Assembly (NCBI GenBank): GCA_025061115.1 | Contig: JANZKC010000001.1 | Coordinates: forward strand, 736,001-800,000 | DNA length: 64,000 nt | Direction of reading: 5' to 3' | Source: Candidatus Culexmicrobium cathedralense | GTDB taxonomy: Archaea > Thermoproteota > Methanomethylicia > Culexarchaeales > Culexmicrobiaceae | Shown here: in pieces, positions 18,321 to 29,042 of the stretch | Layout: every line of letters begins with the position of its first letter | Position numbering within the stretch: the stretch's first letter is position 1 | Made by a program: the position numbers and the translations under genes | Notes under the pieces: generated by a model | Databases searched by the model: none | What the model saw: the letters and a program-made list of their open reading frames with translations, nothing else | What the model was told of the DNA's origin: nothing

Positions 18321-19448
18321 ATGAGCGAAGGCGAAGCACAGAAGATGAATAAAGTGTTAATTTTATGTGTTGATAGAGATAATGACGTTGGCATGGTTAC
18401 AGGCGCGAAAAGCCCGATTCTCGGCCGCAATGAAAACTTGAGGGCAGCCACCGAATTCGCGCTAAAAGCCCCCGAAGACTCGGATGTAAATGCTATTTTT
18501 GCTGCAATTGGCCTTTATGATGAGTTGAAGAAAGAGGGAATTGAATGTGAAATAGCAACAATAACTGGGCTAGCTGAGGGCGGCTTAAAGGCGGATATGA
18601 AGATTATTGGAGAGTTAAATCAGGTTTTAGAGAAGTTCCCTGCAGATGGCGTTATACTTGTGACCGATGGAGCAGCAGATGAAGTAGTTATTCCAGTTAT
18701 ACAGTCAAGAATACCCATACTATCAGTTAAGAGAGTGCTTGTGCAGCAGCAGAGAGGTGTTGAGGAAACCTATATCCTAATAGCCCGATATTTAAGGAGA
18801 ATACTGGAGGAGCCGCAGTATGCTAAGATGTTCTTGGGAGTCCCGGGAGTGATATTCCTACTCCTTGCAGCACTAACTATCGCTGGTTATGGACAATACA
18901 CAACGCTGGGAGCTTTAATAGTCATAGGAGCTGCCTTCGTCATTAGGGGGTTTTCAATGGATAAGATTATAATGAGGTGGTGGGCTTCATCCCCAATAAT
19001 TTTCTTCACGGGATTCATAACCCTCATAGCATGTAGCGTAGCAGTTTATGAGGGAGTGAATAGAGTTGTCTCGGAGATGCAGGCGAACCCCGCCTTAATT
19101 TCAAGCATCCCGAAGATGGCTGGCTTCTTCCTCGGCCAAGCTACCGACATATTTCTTGTCGGCATTGGAATTCTCTTAACTGGAAGAATGATAGACAAGT
19201 ACTTGAGGGAAAAGCCGAAGTTATGGCATGACTTTGTTGGATTAATGTTCCTCGGCACCATTCGCCCGGTACTTCAAAATGTATCCTACATATTAACTAC
19301 TCCTGGAAGCAGTCATGAAGCGCTAATTTACTCGCTTATAATTACGGCGGGAATATGCTCCAGCCTCATAGTTACGTTCACTTTGATCGATAAAATCAAG
19401 GAGAGGCGAGGTAGGGGAGGCTCCACGCAAAATGAGCAACAAGGTTAG
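18321..19448 (+). CDS. DUF373 family membrane protein
   Basis: LCVDRDND, PEDSD.N and DGA.DE motifs; TM-rich C-terminus. Confidence 0.85.
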   Translation: MSEGEAQKMNKVLILCVDRDNDVGMVTGAKSPILGRNENLRAATEFALKAPEDSDVNAIFAAIGLYDELKKEGIECEIATITGLAEGGLKADMKIIGELNQVLEKFPADGVILVTDGAADEVVIPVIQSRIPILSVKRVLVQQQRGVEETYILIARYLRRILEEPQYAKMFLGVPGVIFLLLAALTIAGYGQYTTLGALIVIGAAFVIRGFSMDKIIMRWWASSPIIFFTGFITLIACSVAVYEGVNRVVSEMQANPALISSIPKMAGFFLGQATDIFLVGIGILLTGRMIDKYLREKPKLWHDFVGLMFLGTIRPVLQNVSYILTTPGSSHEALIYSLIITAGICSSLIVTFTLIDKIKERRGRGGSTQNEQQG

Positions 19449-20205
19449 ATTGGCAATTATTGGGGGTTCAGGCCTAGAAAAGGCATTTGAAGATGGAGTT
19501 GAAAAACGCATTCAAACACCTTATGGAGCGGTTAGCGTTACAATTGGCACTTTAAGCGGCAAAACAGTGGCCTTCATACCTAGGCATGGAAGGCGCCACG
19601 AAAAACCGCCGCACAAAGTAAACTATAGGGGAAATATTTGGGCTTTAAGTCATCTTGGAGTCGAGAGAATACTAGCTTCAAATGCAGTTGGAGGAATACG
19701 TGATGGACTTAAGCCTGGAGACTTCGTTATCGTGCATGACTTCATAGACTTAACTAAGAGCAGGCCGCTAACATTTTATGAAGGGCCAAAGGTCGTTCAC
19801 GTAGATATGACTGAGCCCTACTGCCCGGAGTTAAGGGGAGTTCTAATTAAAGTTGCCAGAGGCCTTCCAGTAAGAGTTTGGGATGACGGGGTTTACGCTT
19901 GCACTGAAGGACCGAGATTTGAAACACCAGCAGAAATAAAAATGCTAAGGCTGCTGGGAGCTGACGTCGTTGGAATGACGAGCGTCCCCGAAGTTGTTTT
20001 ATCTAGAGAGCTAGGCATATGCTATGCAACTGTATGCGTAGTTACAAATTATGCAGCAGGCATTCAGGAGAGAGTTAGCGCTAAGGAAGTGGAGGAAATT
20101 ATGGGCAATGCAGTACCACTGCTAATAAAGCTATTTGAAAGAGCCATAATGGAAATTCCCGAAAAAAGAAGTTGTAAGTGCAGTGCCTCCTTAATGGAAG
20201 CATGA
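19432..20205 (+). CDS. mtnP: 5'-methylthioadenosine/purine nucleoside phosphorylase
   Basis: IIGGSG, RHG..H..PPH.VNY, EGPRFET and VVGMT motifs. Confidence 0.9.
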   Translation: MSNKVRLAIIGGSGLEKAFEDGVEKRIQTPYGAVSVTIGTLSGKTVAFIPRHGRRHEKPPHKVNYRGNIWALSHLGVERILASNAVGGIRDGLKPGDFVIVHDFIDLTKSRPLTFYEGPKVVHVDMTEPYCPELRGVLIKVARGLPVRVWDDGVYACTEGPRFETPAEIKMLRLLGADVVGMTSVPEVVLSRELGICYATVCVVTNYAAGIQERVSAKEVEEIMGNAVPLLIKLFERAIMEIPEKRSCKCSASLMEA

Positions 20206-20209
20206 GCGC

Positions 20210-21307
20210 TCAAATTATTCGGCTCAACTCGTTTAGAAGCTCATAACCATCCTCTTTTACTAAAACCATTTCCTCAATCCTAACTCCACCGAAGCCCGGC
20301 ACATATATCCCTGGCTCAACTGTAACTACATTGCCAGCTTGAAGTACATCTTCACTTTGAGGACTTAATCTAGGGTCTTCATGAACACTCAAGCCAACGC
20401 CATGACCTAGGCTATGAACGAAATATTTTCCATAACCCCTCTGAACAATAATTTGCCTCGCAGCCAAATCAACATCTGAAGCCTTAATGCCAGCGGAAAT
20501 CCTGCTTAGTGCAGCTTCAATGGCATCATTGACGCATTCAAACAACTTCATGGCATCCCCACTAACTTTACCCCCAACAACACAGGTTCTCGTGATGTCG
20601 GAGCAGTATCCTCCAAACTTCGCTCCTAAATCGATGACTACAAGCTCGCCGCTTTTTAAAGGCTTATGGGAGGAAAAGCCGTGTGGATAGGCTGACCTCT
20701 CGCCTGAAGCAATAATTGTTTCGAAGGAAAACCACTCAGCGCCAGCTTTTCTCATGGCATGCTCAGCTTCACCAGCGACCTCAACCTCACTAACCCCCTC
20801 TCTCAATGCATTAACCGCAGCTAAAACGCCCCTCTCTGCAATTCTCAAAGCCCTTTTGATGAGCTCAACTTCTTCAGCACTTTTAACTGCTCTCAAATTG
20901 CTGACAATCTTGGATGCAAACTTGAAGCTGTAGCTCTTCAATTTGTCGGCCAAGGCGTTATAAAGTGAGAGCGGCATTACATCCTCCTCAACGCCGACAG
21001 CCCCATTCGCAACAATTTCACTTAGCTCCAGAGAAATTGCCTCAGCAAGCTTTACTCCCCTCTTAACAGCAACTATAGATCCAAGCTTAATGGCCGACGA
21101 TGCCTCTTCATACTCCAATTCTGGAACTAAGAGCACTGGTTCCCCATCAAGAGGCATTAGTAGAGCGGAGCCCCTAGGGAAACCCGTGAAGTAATAGAAA
21201 TTCTCCCTTTTCAATATGATCATTGCATCAAGGGCCTCTTCCTCCATCACCCTTTTAATAGCTGAAAGTCTATTTTTAAAAGTGCTAATGCTCAACATGA
21301 CAAACAC
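20210..21307 (-). CDS. pepQ: Xaa-Pro aminopeptidase/prolidase (M24B)
   Basis: DLG, SDITRT, HSLGHGVG, EPGIY and GVRIEE motifs. Confidence 0.9.
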   Translation of the reverse strand: MFVMLSISTFKNRLSAIKRVMEEEALDAMIILKRENFYYFTGFPRGSALLMPLDGEPVLLVPELEYEEASSAIKLGSIVAVKRGVKLAEAISLELSEIVANGAVGVEEDVMPLSLYNALADKLKSYSFKFASKIVSNLRAVKSAEEVELIKRALRIAERGVLAAVNALREGVSEVEVAGEAEHAMRKAGAEWFSFETIIASGERSAYPHGFSSHKPLKSGELVVIDLGAKFGGYCSDITRTCVVGGKVSGDAMKLFECVNDAIEAALSRISAGIKASDVDLAARQIIVQRGYGKYFVHSLGHGVGLSVHEDPRLSPQSEDVLQAGNVVTVEPGIYVPGFGGVRIEEMVLVKEDGYELLNELSRII

Positions 21308-21310
21308 CTG

Positions 21311-22348
21311 GTGGGAACATTATTGATTATGTCTGAAGACATTTTAAGCATTACACTTCAAGTGCGAAAGGAGCTGGGCTACCCAACAGTTAGCCTTCCT
21401 AAGATAATTTCAGTTCGAGTGCATGAGGATGAAGGCAAGATGTACGTGCTATGCGGCGACCGCCCTGATAGGGCAGTTTTAATGGGGCCAGGAGGAAGGG
21501 TTCTAAAGGAGCTGATGAAGAGACTAAATGTTAAAGTCATCGTTGTGAGAGCTTTAACGGACATCATTGCTAGAGCTGAGAGAATAAGGCAGGCAATAGA
21601 GAGGGCGAGGAAAATCATGGATAAACCGGTTCCAAGCAGCGTGAAGAAGCTTCTCAAGGAGCGGCTTATCCCAATGGCTGAAGGAGAGCTAAATGACCCC
21701 ATCAGGCGGCATGTACCTGACTTTGAAGAGATAGATGTTAACGTGGCAGTGGCATTTTCAGGCGGAGTGGATAGTGCTGCCACGCTAGTTTATGCAAAAA
21801 TGCTTGGATTGCATGTAATTTCGATCACAGCCAATCCCGGCCCATTCATAATTCCCAGCCACGTAGAAAAGGCGATTAAATGCTTCAATGAAAAAATTAA
21901 TGTTGACTATACATTCGTTAAGCCAGAGCATAGCTTTGATGATATCATTTCGAAAGCAATGGCAGGTCATGCAGCGCCATGTAAGCGATGCCACGATATT
22001 GTTGAAAGAACCGTGTACGATGAAGCTTTCAAGCGTGGTGCTGAAGCAGTATTCTTTGGAGATCTGCTTCCAACAGGATGCCACTCGATAAGGCTCATAG
22101 GTAATGGCATTAGAGTGAATTTGCCGGCTTTCTTAGCGTTAACTAAAACTGACACCATTATAATTTCCAAGCAGCACGGTCACCCCAATGTTAGCCTCAA
22201 ATATGGCTGCCCCCTCTTGAGGGCAGTCTTAAAGAGGCATAAGCACTTGAGGTTAGCTGCAATTCAGCGAGTATTGAGGGAGACTAGGGCGGGAGTGCTG
22301 GAGCCTAATCAAGCGCTAAAGTTGATAAAGAGCGTAATCGAGCTTTAG
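21311..22348 (+). CDS. KH-like domain fused to a PP-loop ATPase (COG1365-like)
   Basis: LMGPGG in the N-terminal part; AFSGGVDS, PCKRCH and GCPLL. Confidence 0.75.
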   Translation: MGTLLIMSEDILSITLQVRKELGYPTVSLPKIISVRVHEDEGKMYVLCGDRPDRAVLMGPGGRVLKELMKRLNVKVIVVRALTDIIARAERIRQAIERARKIMDKPVPSSVKKLLKERLIPMAEGELNDPIRRHVPDFEEIDVNVAVAFSGGVDSAATLVYAKMLGLHVISITANPGPFIIPSHVEKAIKCFNEKINVDYTFVKPEHSFDDIISKAMAGHAAPCKRCHDIVERTVYDEAFKRGAEAVFFGDLLPTGCHSIRLIGNGIRVNLPAFLALTKTDTIIISKQHGHPNVSLKYGCPLLRAVLKRHKHLRLAAIQRVLRETRAGVLEPNQALKLIKSVIEL

Positions 22349-23397
22349 CACACCCTTGGTAGGGGCATTCCCACAGGGGGCTCAAGTATCCTCTTGCCGC
22401 CGATTAGAGTCTCCAAGACAACATAGCCTGGACTTTCGCTTCGAGCTTCACCAATTATGGTCGCATCCCTCCCGAGCTTCGTGGACTTAATTGCCTCCAA
22501 CACTTCATCAGCCTTGTCCGCCCTAACTCCTATAACTGCTCTTCCTTCGCATGCCAAATATAGGGGGTCTAGGCCCAGCATTTCAGCTGCAGCTTTCACC
22601 TCATTCTTTATCGGTATTCTATCCTCATTAACCCAAATGCTCACAGCCGACTTCTTCGCAAGTTCATTAAGTGCAGCGGCTAAACCACCTCTCGTAGGGT
22701 CTTTTGCAGCTGAAACGCCTCCAACCTTAAGGGCAGCTTCCATTACCGGCCAAATTGGAGCTACATCAGAAACTATGCTGCACTCGAAGGAGATTCCCTC
22801 TCTAACCGAAATTAGGGATAGCTCATGATCGCCAATGGTGCCGGTTACAATTATTTTGTCTCCTGGTTTAAGTCCGGAATCCCGTATTGCTTTCCCCCTC
22901 TCAACTAAGCCAACTCCAGCAGTGGCGATAACTACTTTATCCACTTTCCCCCGCGGCATAACTTTGAAGTCTCCTCCAATAACCGCTACGCCGACTTCCT
23001 CGGCAGTAGTGGCCATTGAGCGAATTATTCTCTTCAAATCTTGAATCGAGAATCCTTCTTCGACAATTATTGAGTCTAAAATTGCAAGGGGCCTCGCCCC
23101 CATAACTGCCAAGTCATTTATTGTGCCAGCAATAGCTAGTTTCCCTATATCTCCCCCTGGAAAGAATATTGGATCTACAGTGTAGCCGTCAGAGGTCATC
23201 ACGATTTCGAAGTCTTTGAGTGGAATTGTCGAGCCGTCATCCATATCTTTGAGCCCCAACCCTCCAAAAACGCTTCCACGTTTAAAGCCAGCTACTATTA
23301 CCTCCTCAATAAGCCTCACCATTGCTTCGCCGCCGCTACCGTGGATGAGCTCGACCTTATCGCCAGCTGCCACTTCATCACCACCCTTGGAGACCAT
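22345..23397 (-). CDS. hypE: Hydrogenase maturation protein HypE
   Basis: HGSGG, FFPGGDIGKLA, DPTRGG and C-terminal PRVC. Confidence 0.95.
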   Translation of the reverse strand: MVSKGGDEVAAGDKVELIHGSGGEAMVRLIEEVIVAGFKRGSVFGGLGLKDMDDGSTIPLKDFEIVMTSDGYTVDPIFFPGGDIGKLAIAGTINDLAVMGARPLAILDSIIVEEGFSIQDLKRIIRSMATTAEEVGVAVIGGDFKVMPRGKVDKVVIATAGVGLVERGKAIRDSGLKPGDKIIVTGTIGDHELSLISVREGISFECSIVSDVAPIWPVMEAALKVGGVSAAKDPTRGGLAAALNELAKKSAVSIWVNEDRIPIKNEVKAAAEMLGLDPLYLACEGRAVIGVRADKADEVLEAIKSTKLGRDATIIGEARSESPGYVVLETLIGGKRILEPPVGMPLPRVC

Positions 23398-23459
23398 AAT
23401 ACTTAATAGTTAGCGATAAAAGTAGCGTTAAATTGATATAAAAAGTAGGAGGCGTAGCA

Positions 23460-23852
23460 GTGAGCTTCTATCAAGGAAAGGATTTGCGCAAACCAAGCGG
23501 CGGAAGAATAAGGCCGCATAGGAAGAAGAGGAAATTCGAGTTAGGGAGACCTCCAACTGAAACACTGCTTGGAAGAGAGGAAATTAGGAAAGTTGAGAGA
23601 GTTAAGGGAGGAAACATTAAGATCAGGTTGAAACTATCGGTTTTCGCCAATGTAACCGACCCAGAAACAGGGAAGACCCAGAGAGTCCCGATCACCAGAG
23701 TTAAGAAGAACCCAGCCAACCCGGACTATTCAAGGCGAGGCGTCATAACAAGAGGGGCAATTATCGAAACACCGCTAGGTGAGGCAGTAATCACTTCAAG
23801 GCCGGGCCAAGATGGCGTTGTAAATGCCGTTTTGATCAAAAGTAAGAAGTAA
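23460..23852 (+). CDS. rps8e: 30S ribosomal protein S8e
   Basis: RKPSGG...KRKFELGR and TSRPGQDG motifs. Confidence 0.97.
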   Translation: MSFYQGKDLRKPSGGRIRPHRKKRKFELGRPPTETLLGREEIRKVERVKGGNIKIRLKLSVFANVTDPETGKTQRVPITRVKKNPANPDYSRRGVITRGAIIETPLGEAVITSRPGQDGVVNAVLIKSKK

Positions 23853-23854
23853 TA

Positions 23855-24169
23855 ATGGCGATTTATTTGCGCAAGAGAGATAAGGTAGTTGTTTGGCCCA
23901 TCTACTTCAATTCTAAAGTTAGCAGAAGCTATGGCCGCAAAGTGCCTCTAAGCCTCTCAGTTGAAGATCCTAAACTTGAAGAGGTAGTGGAGGCTGCACG
24001 AAAAGCGGGATTTAATCCGATAACTGAAGTGGACAAGGCATACCCGAAAATGTGGTGGAAGGAGAAAGGCAGAATTCTAGTTGAAAAGCGTGCAAGTAAA
24101 ACTAAAATTCTCAAAGAAATAGCGCTAGCTCTTAAAGAAATTAGGCGTAAAAAGGGGAGAAGCAGTTAG
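23855..24169 (+). CDS. srp19: Signal recognition particle protein SRP19
   Basis: VWPIYF...SRSYGRKVP and YPK.W...GR motifs. Confidence 0.93.
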   Translation: MAIYLRKRDKVVVWPIYFNSKVSRSYGRKVPLSLSVEDPKLEEVVEAARKAGFNPITEVDKAYPKMWWKEKGRILVEKRASKTKILKEIALALKEIRRKKGRSS

Positions 24170-24262
24170 ATCAAGCGCTTCGATTTTAAGGCGCTCCAGG
24201 GCAAGTGCGCTACACTTATAAGATTATTCTGTATTTCAATAACACGCCTCGGGGTTGATGTA

Positions 24263-24538
24263 TTGAAGCGCCTCGGAAGAGTACTTCGCGTCACGAGGCG
24301 AGGCCTAATCCTTGTTAAGGCAACTGCAGCGCCGCCAATTGATGCGAAAATCCTAGATGCAAAGGGCAGATTTGTAGGGCGAGTTTACGACATCTTTGGA
24401 CCTGTAAAAGCGCCATACGTTCTAGTTAAGCCTTCTACTTCTTTGGATGAGCTGAAAAGCTCCCTGAAAGGTGCGGTTTATTTTCCCGTTACTCCTAAAA
24501 GGAGGTTTAAGTCTTGGAAAAGGGTGAAACGCAAATAG
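24263..24538 (+). CDS. gar1: H/ACA RNP protein Gar1
   Basis: [14 protein letters not shown]; sits directly upstream of tfb. Confidence 0.9.
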   Translation: MKRLGRVLRVTRRGLILVKATAAPPIDAKILDAKGRFVGRVYDIFGPVKAPYVLVKPSTSLDELKSSLKGAVYFPVTPKRRFKSWKRVKRK

Positions 24539-25437
24539 AGAGATGTCCGGAATGCGGTAGTGATAAGCTCATAAGAGATTATGAGAGAGCTGAAATAACC
24601 TGCCTAAATTGCGGGTTAGTCATAAGCGAAAGAATAGCTGATCCTGGACCTGAGTGGAGGGCCTTTGATCAAGAGCAAAAGGAGAAGCGTGCAAGAGTTG
24701 GTGCACCCATGACGCTCACGATACACGACAAGGGACTTTCTACGATAATCGACTGGAGAGATAAGGATAGTTATGGCAAAGACCTGACTCCGAGGAGGAG
24801 AGCTCAAATTTATAGGCTTAGAAAGTGGCAGCGAAGAGTTAGAGTTTCAGATGCATCGGAGAGAAACCTAGCCTTCGCACTACAAGAAATTGAAAGAATA
24901 GCATCGCAACTAGGCTTGCCGAGGAGCGTGCACGAGGAGTCGGCGCTGATCTATAGGAAAGCCGTCGAAGAGAAGCTTGTTAGAGGAAGGTCCATCGAAA
25001 GCATGGCGGCTGCCGCTCTATATGCAGCATGCCGCAGATTTGGCATACCCAGAACACTTGACGAAATAACGAAAGTTGCGCGAGTTGGAAAGAAGGAAAT
25101 TGGGAGAAGCTATAGATTTATAGCTCGAGAGCTCCTGAGAAAGATACCTCCAACCAATCCAATCGAGTACATCCCTAGGCTCGTAAGCCAGCTCGAGCTG
25201 GCGGGAGAAGTTCAAATGAAAGCAAGTGAAATAGTTCAGCAAGCTAGCAAGGTAGGGCTAACTTCAGGCAGAGGCCCAATAGGCGTAGCAGCAGCCGCAG
25301 TTTACATTGCAAGTGTAGTGCTAAATAGAAAGCGCACGCAGAGGGATATTGCAACTGCAGCAGGAGTAACTGAAGTCACGATAAGAAATAGGTACAAAGA
25401 GCTTGTAGAGAGATTAGTAATAGACATACCCCTATAA
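24514..25437 (+). CDS. tfb: Transcription initiation factor TFB
   Basis: Zn ribbon CPECG/CLNCG, GPEWRAF and two cyclin repeats ending [10 protein letters not shown]. Confidence 0.97.
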   Translation: MEKGETQIERCPECGSDKLIRDYERAEITCLNCGLVISERIADPGPEWRAFDQEQKEKRARVGAPMTLTIHDKGLSTIIDWRDKDSYGKDLTPRRRAQIYRLRKWQRRVRVSDASERNLAFALQEIERIASQLGLPRSVHEESALIYRKAVEEKLVRGRSIESMAAAALYAACRRFGIPRTLDEITKVARVGKKEIGRSYRFIARELLRKIPPTNPIEYIPRLVSQLELAGEVQMKASEIVQQASKVGLTSGRGPIGVAAAAVYIASVVLNRKRTQRDIATAAGVTEVTIRNRYKELVERLVIDIPL

Positions 25438-25560
25438 AAACACCAACATTATTTCACATACCCCTTTATTTCACCTCGCAAAACCAGCTCGAGGTTAACG
25501 CGACATAAAAAGAGAAAAATACCATTACACGAATTAGGGTATAATGGGCTGGGAGCAAAC

Positions 25561-25974
25561 TTGCCCAGAGTAAGACTTAGCCTAATGGAGAAGAGGGCCA
25601 TAGAAATAATAAAGAAAGCCGGAGACGAAGGAGTGCTACAAAGTGATTTGTGGAAAATGCTAGGTACAGACAGCAGAGAGGGCTCTAGAATAGCAATAAG
25701 ACTCGAGCGGAAGGGCTTCATCCAAAGAGAACCGACCGTGCACGCTGGCAAGAAAACCTATAGGCTGAGGCTGATAAAACGCCCTCCAAGGAAGATATCG
25801 ATAGCAACCGTCAAAGGATGCCCATGCTTCGTATGCCCAGATTTAACAAAGTGCGGAATAGGCCATTTCATAAATCCAGTAACCTGCAAAAAACTCACCT
25901 CCTGGATAATAGAGCAGATAGCCACCCAATCCATAAGAGAAGAGATGAAAGGTAATGAGAAGGTGGAGGGATAA
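25561..25974 (+). CDS. TFE beta / RPC34-like protein (wHTH plus FeS Cys cluster)
   Basis: GVLQSDLWK.LG.DSR wHTH and PCFVC..L.KC.......P..C..L..W. Confidence 0.8.
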   Translation: MPRVRLSLMEKRAIEIIKKAGDEGVLQSDLWKMLGTDSREGSRIAIRLERKGFIQREPTVHAGKKTYRLRLIKRPPRKISIATVKGCPCFVCPDLTKCGIGHFINPVTCKKLTSWIIEQIATQSIREEMKGNEKVEG

Positions 25975-26578
25975 AAAGGATTTTTACTACTTAAAAGCTA
26001 AGGCAGAAGGATATAGATCTCGAGCGGCTTTTAAGCTTAAACAGATACTTAAGAAGTTCAAACTCATAAAGAAGGGAGATGTTGTCGTCGACTTAGGAGC
26101 AGCTCCGGGAGGATGGTTGCAGGTAGCTAGGGAGGCTGTAGGGAATAAGGGAGTCGTCGTAGGGGTGGACGTCGCTTCGATATCACCACTACCGTGGCCA
26201 AATGTTAAAACGATGTTGCTAGACGTCACTTCGAAAGATGCAGCGAAGGAAATTAGGAAGCTTCTACCTAAAGGCTCAGCAGATGTTTTACTTTCAGACT
26301 TAGCTCCCAAAGTTTCTGGAATATGGGATTTAGATCATGCGAGGCAAATCTTCCTAGCTGAAAAGGCCTTAGATATAGCTAAGCAAATCTTGAGGCCGGG
26401 AGGAAACGCGGTCATCAAGATCTTTCAAGGATCCATGACTGAGGACTTCATCCGGAAAATTAAGCAGACATTTAAAGTAGTCAAGCTTTACAAGCCTCCA
26501 GCTTCCCGCAAGGAGAGCGCTGAAATATACATTATTGCAATTAGCATGAAGAGAGGGCCTTGCGAATCTTCGATATAG
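25955..26578 (+). CDS. rlmE: 23S rRNA Um2552 methyltransferase
   Basis: YRSRAAFKL, DLGAAPGGW, SDLAP and KP.ASR..S.E.Y motifs. Confidence 0.95.
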   Translation: MRRWRDKKDFYYLKAKAEGYRSRAAFKLKQILKKFKLIKKGDVVVDLGAAPGGWLQVAREAVGNKGVVVGVDVASISPLPWPNVKTMLLDVTSKDAAKEIRKLLPKGSADVLLSDLAPKVSGIWDLDHARQIFLAEKALDIAKQILRPGGNAVIKIFQGSMTEDFIRKIKQTFKVVKLYKPPASRKESAEIYIIAISMKRGPCESSI

Positions 26579-27728
26579 GAGCGTTAGTGCGAATTCCTTT
26601 TGGGTGAAAGTGGGTTCTCGACGCAAAAAAGCCCATTTCCCGAAGCTTCCTGACAACTTCACCTATGGGTGGAGACGATCTCCTAAGTTTGCTTGCAATT
26701 GCATCTAGGATAAAGTAGGTTGGAGGTCCATCAACCTCTTCTAAAATTACATTTAGAAGGCGCTTCACCCGCGCAGCGTTATCTAATTCCTTTTCACTGA
26801 AAGCATTCAGCATCCCCTCGACAAAGCTTCTGTCAAATATCGGCCCGCACCACATTGGGCCTCCAATGAGGAGGGGGGATTTGCATTGGGGACATGAGGA
26901 GGGAATGGGGGAAGCCACTCCACCAACAATGCCTCTAAAATAGCAATTTTTACAGTAAACAACGTAGCCCATTAACTTGAGCACCTCATTCGCCTTCATA
27001 GCGCTTCTCCTAAGAGCAGCGTAAACTCTAATGTAATGGTCGGTTGCATGGGAGAAGACGATCTGCGCAGCGAAATTTGCTTCCGCAGCTTTCTTAATTA
27101 GACATCCAGCTAATAGGCGGATGGCAATTTCATGGCAGAAGTCCACTCTCAGGGGCATGCCGCCGTACTTTCTCAGGCAGGTTAGCGGATACTTCCCGCA
27201 AAGAGGCGGCATGTCAGTTGCAGTTAAGCATAGAAGGCCTCCATCCCTGAGAGCTCGAATTGAAGATTCTATGAAGGGCACTGGAGAGCCGAATGGATCT
27301 ATGTCAATTACATCAAAACGCAGTTGAGAAGAAGAATGTCTTAGGAGAAGCAGTCTCGCATCAAGGCACGTGACATCTACTAGAGACTCAAGATTGTTTA
27401 ACTTGACATTTTCAAGGGCAAGGTCCGCGGCTTTGGGATCTACATCGTTTAATAAAACATGCTCTACGCCATCAACCTCGGATGCGTACCGCAACCCCCT
27501 AACACCAGTTGCAGTTAGAGGATCACAAACTCTAATGGGCTTTTTGACCTGCCGCTGGAAGGTTTGGATTGCAAGTACGCCGACATCTCTGCTAAGAGAT
27601 GCTCTAGAATTGTAAAACACGGGGGCATATGTAGGGTCAAATCTACCCTCACTATTTTTAAAGTAGTTTGGATCTGGAATTAGGAGCTTCACCTTCCCCT
27701 CTTTAATTAATAGCTTCGGAAAGCTCAA
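26541..27728 (-). CDS. trm1: tRNA (guanine26-N2)-dimethyltransferase
   Basis: VFYN, ATGVRGLRY, DIDPFGSP and RTHF motifs; probable TTG start at 27728 after GAGGAGG. Confidence 0.95.
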   Translation of the reverse strand: MSFPKLLIKEGKVKLLIPDPNYFKNSEGRFDPTYAPVFYNSRASLSRDVGVLAIQTFQRQVKKPIRVCDPLTATGVRGLRYASEVDGVEHVLLNDVDPKAADLALENVKLNNLESLVDVTCLDARLLLLRHSSSQLRFDVIDIDPFGSPVPFIESSIRALRDGGLLCLTATDMPPLCGKYPLTCLRKYGGMPLRVDFCHEIAIRLLAGCLIKKAAEANFAAQIVFSHATDHYIRVYAALRRSAMKANEVLKLMGYVVYCKNCYFRGIVGGVASPIPSSCPQCKSPLLIGGPMWCGPIFDRSFVEGMLNAFSEKELDNAARVKRLLNVILEEVDGPPTYFILDAIASKLRRSSPPIGEVVRKLREMGFFASRTHFHPKGIRTNAPISKIRKALSSC

Positions 27729-27735
27729 TGGAAAG

Positions 27736-28269
27736 CTACCTCCTCGATTGGGATAGGATTCTTCTGAGGATGATTTCGGGCAGCCTTTCGCGGTTTTGCA
27801 GTGTGACTTCAAACACCTCGGGATTAAGATTGCTGAAAACCCTTTGCATAGCACCACTTAATCGCCAGTGAATCACGGCGATTACAGGCTTACCGCTCTT
27901 AAATGCAGTATAAACTGCATTTTCAAAGGACTTGCTTTTCAACTCCATTGGGCCTACCTCATCGATAACTATGACGTCTGCTGACGTAAGCGCTTTAGAA
28001 ATGGCATTAACACCTATGCTTTCCAAGTCGCGCAAGTTCACCCCATACTTGCCAACGCGAACTCTTGTTTTGAAATTTACATGGGCAAGCCAGCCCTCAG
28101 AACTGGAAAGAAGGTCGATTATTTTGAATCCAACACGGCTACGACCAATCCTCACCTCTGGGCAGATGACGCCGCCCACCCTCAAATTCAAAGATTTAAG
28201 TGAATCTATAACTCTCCTGCACACCGTCGATTTGCCGACGCCTGGACGTCCAGTTATGAAAATAAGCAT
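27736..28269 (-). CDS. THEP1/NTPCR-type NTPase
   Basis: ITGRPGVGKST, VGKY.V and IDEVGPME motifs. Confidence 0.92.
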   Translation of the reverse strand: MLIFITGRPGVGKSTVCRRVIDSLKSLNLRVGGVICPEVRIGRSRVGFKIIDLLSSSEGWLAHVNFKTRVRVGKYGVNLRDLESIGVNAISKALTSADVIVIDEVGPMELKSKSFENAVYTAFKSGKPVIAVIHWRLSGAMQRVFSNLNPEVFEVTLQNRERLPEIILRRILSQSRR

Positions 28270-28331
28270 AATGCAAGCCCCAAAACATACAAAAAACATT
28301 AACTTATTAAGACTCTCGCATCAATTGCTAC

Positions 28332-29042
28332 TTGGTATTTGAAATGATGAAGCAAAGCCATGGCGGAGAAAAACTAATTGCAGGAGTGGACGACGCGGGG
28401 CGGGGGCCTGTAATAGGGCCGCTGGTAATTGCAGGAGTGCTGATTAATGAGACCAACGTTCAGAAGCTCGTAGAAATTGGCGTTCGAGATTCCAAACTAT
28501 TAACACCTCAAAAAAGAAGCAAGCTTGCAGTGAAAATAATGCAAATTGCAGAAAAGTGGACTTATGAAGTAATTCCCCCAAGCACGATAGACCGCGCAGT
28601 GCGCTGCAAACGCAGGGGGAAGGGAGGGCTACTTAATGAATTAGAGGCTGAAGCAATGGCACGAGTAATACTGAAACTGAAGCCAGACGTAGCGTACGTC
28701 GACGCCTCGGACACTAATGAAGAGCGGTTTGGCGAACTAATTAGGAGAAGCCTACCATTCAAAGTTGAGATAGTATCCAAGCATAAAGCTGATGAAATTT
28801 TCCCAGCGGTCTCAGCAGCATCAATACTTGCTAAGGTTAAGCGAGACAGGATAATAGGGGAGTTAAGAAGGATTTATGGGGATTTTGGCTCCGGATATCC
28901 TACAGATCCTAAAACGGTAGAATTTTTAAAGCGATATTTGAGAGAGCACGGAGAGTATCCTGACATTGTTAGAAAAAGCTGGAAAACAGTCAGGAAAATT
29001 AAAAATGAAATTCACCAAGAAAAGCTCGATAAACACTTATAG
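28332..29042 (+). CDS. rnhB: Ribonuclease HII
   Basis: GVDDAGRGPVIGP, DSK.L, AASILAK and GSGYP.D motifs. Confidence 0.95.
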   Translation: MVFEMMKQSHGGEKLIAGVDDAGRGPVIGPLVIAGVLINETNVQKLVEIGVRDSKLLTPQKRSKLAVKIMQIAEKWTYEVIPPSTIDRAVRCKRRGKGGLLNELEAEAMARVILKLKPDVAYVDASDTNEERFGELIRRSLPFKVEIVSKHKADEIFPAVSAASILAKVKRDRIIGELRRIYGDFGSGYPTDPKTVEFLKRYLREHGEYPDIVRKSWKTVRKIKNEIHQEKLDKHL

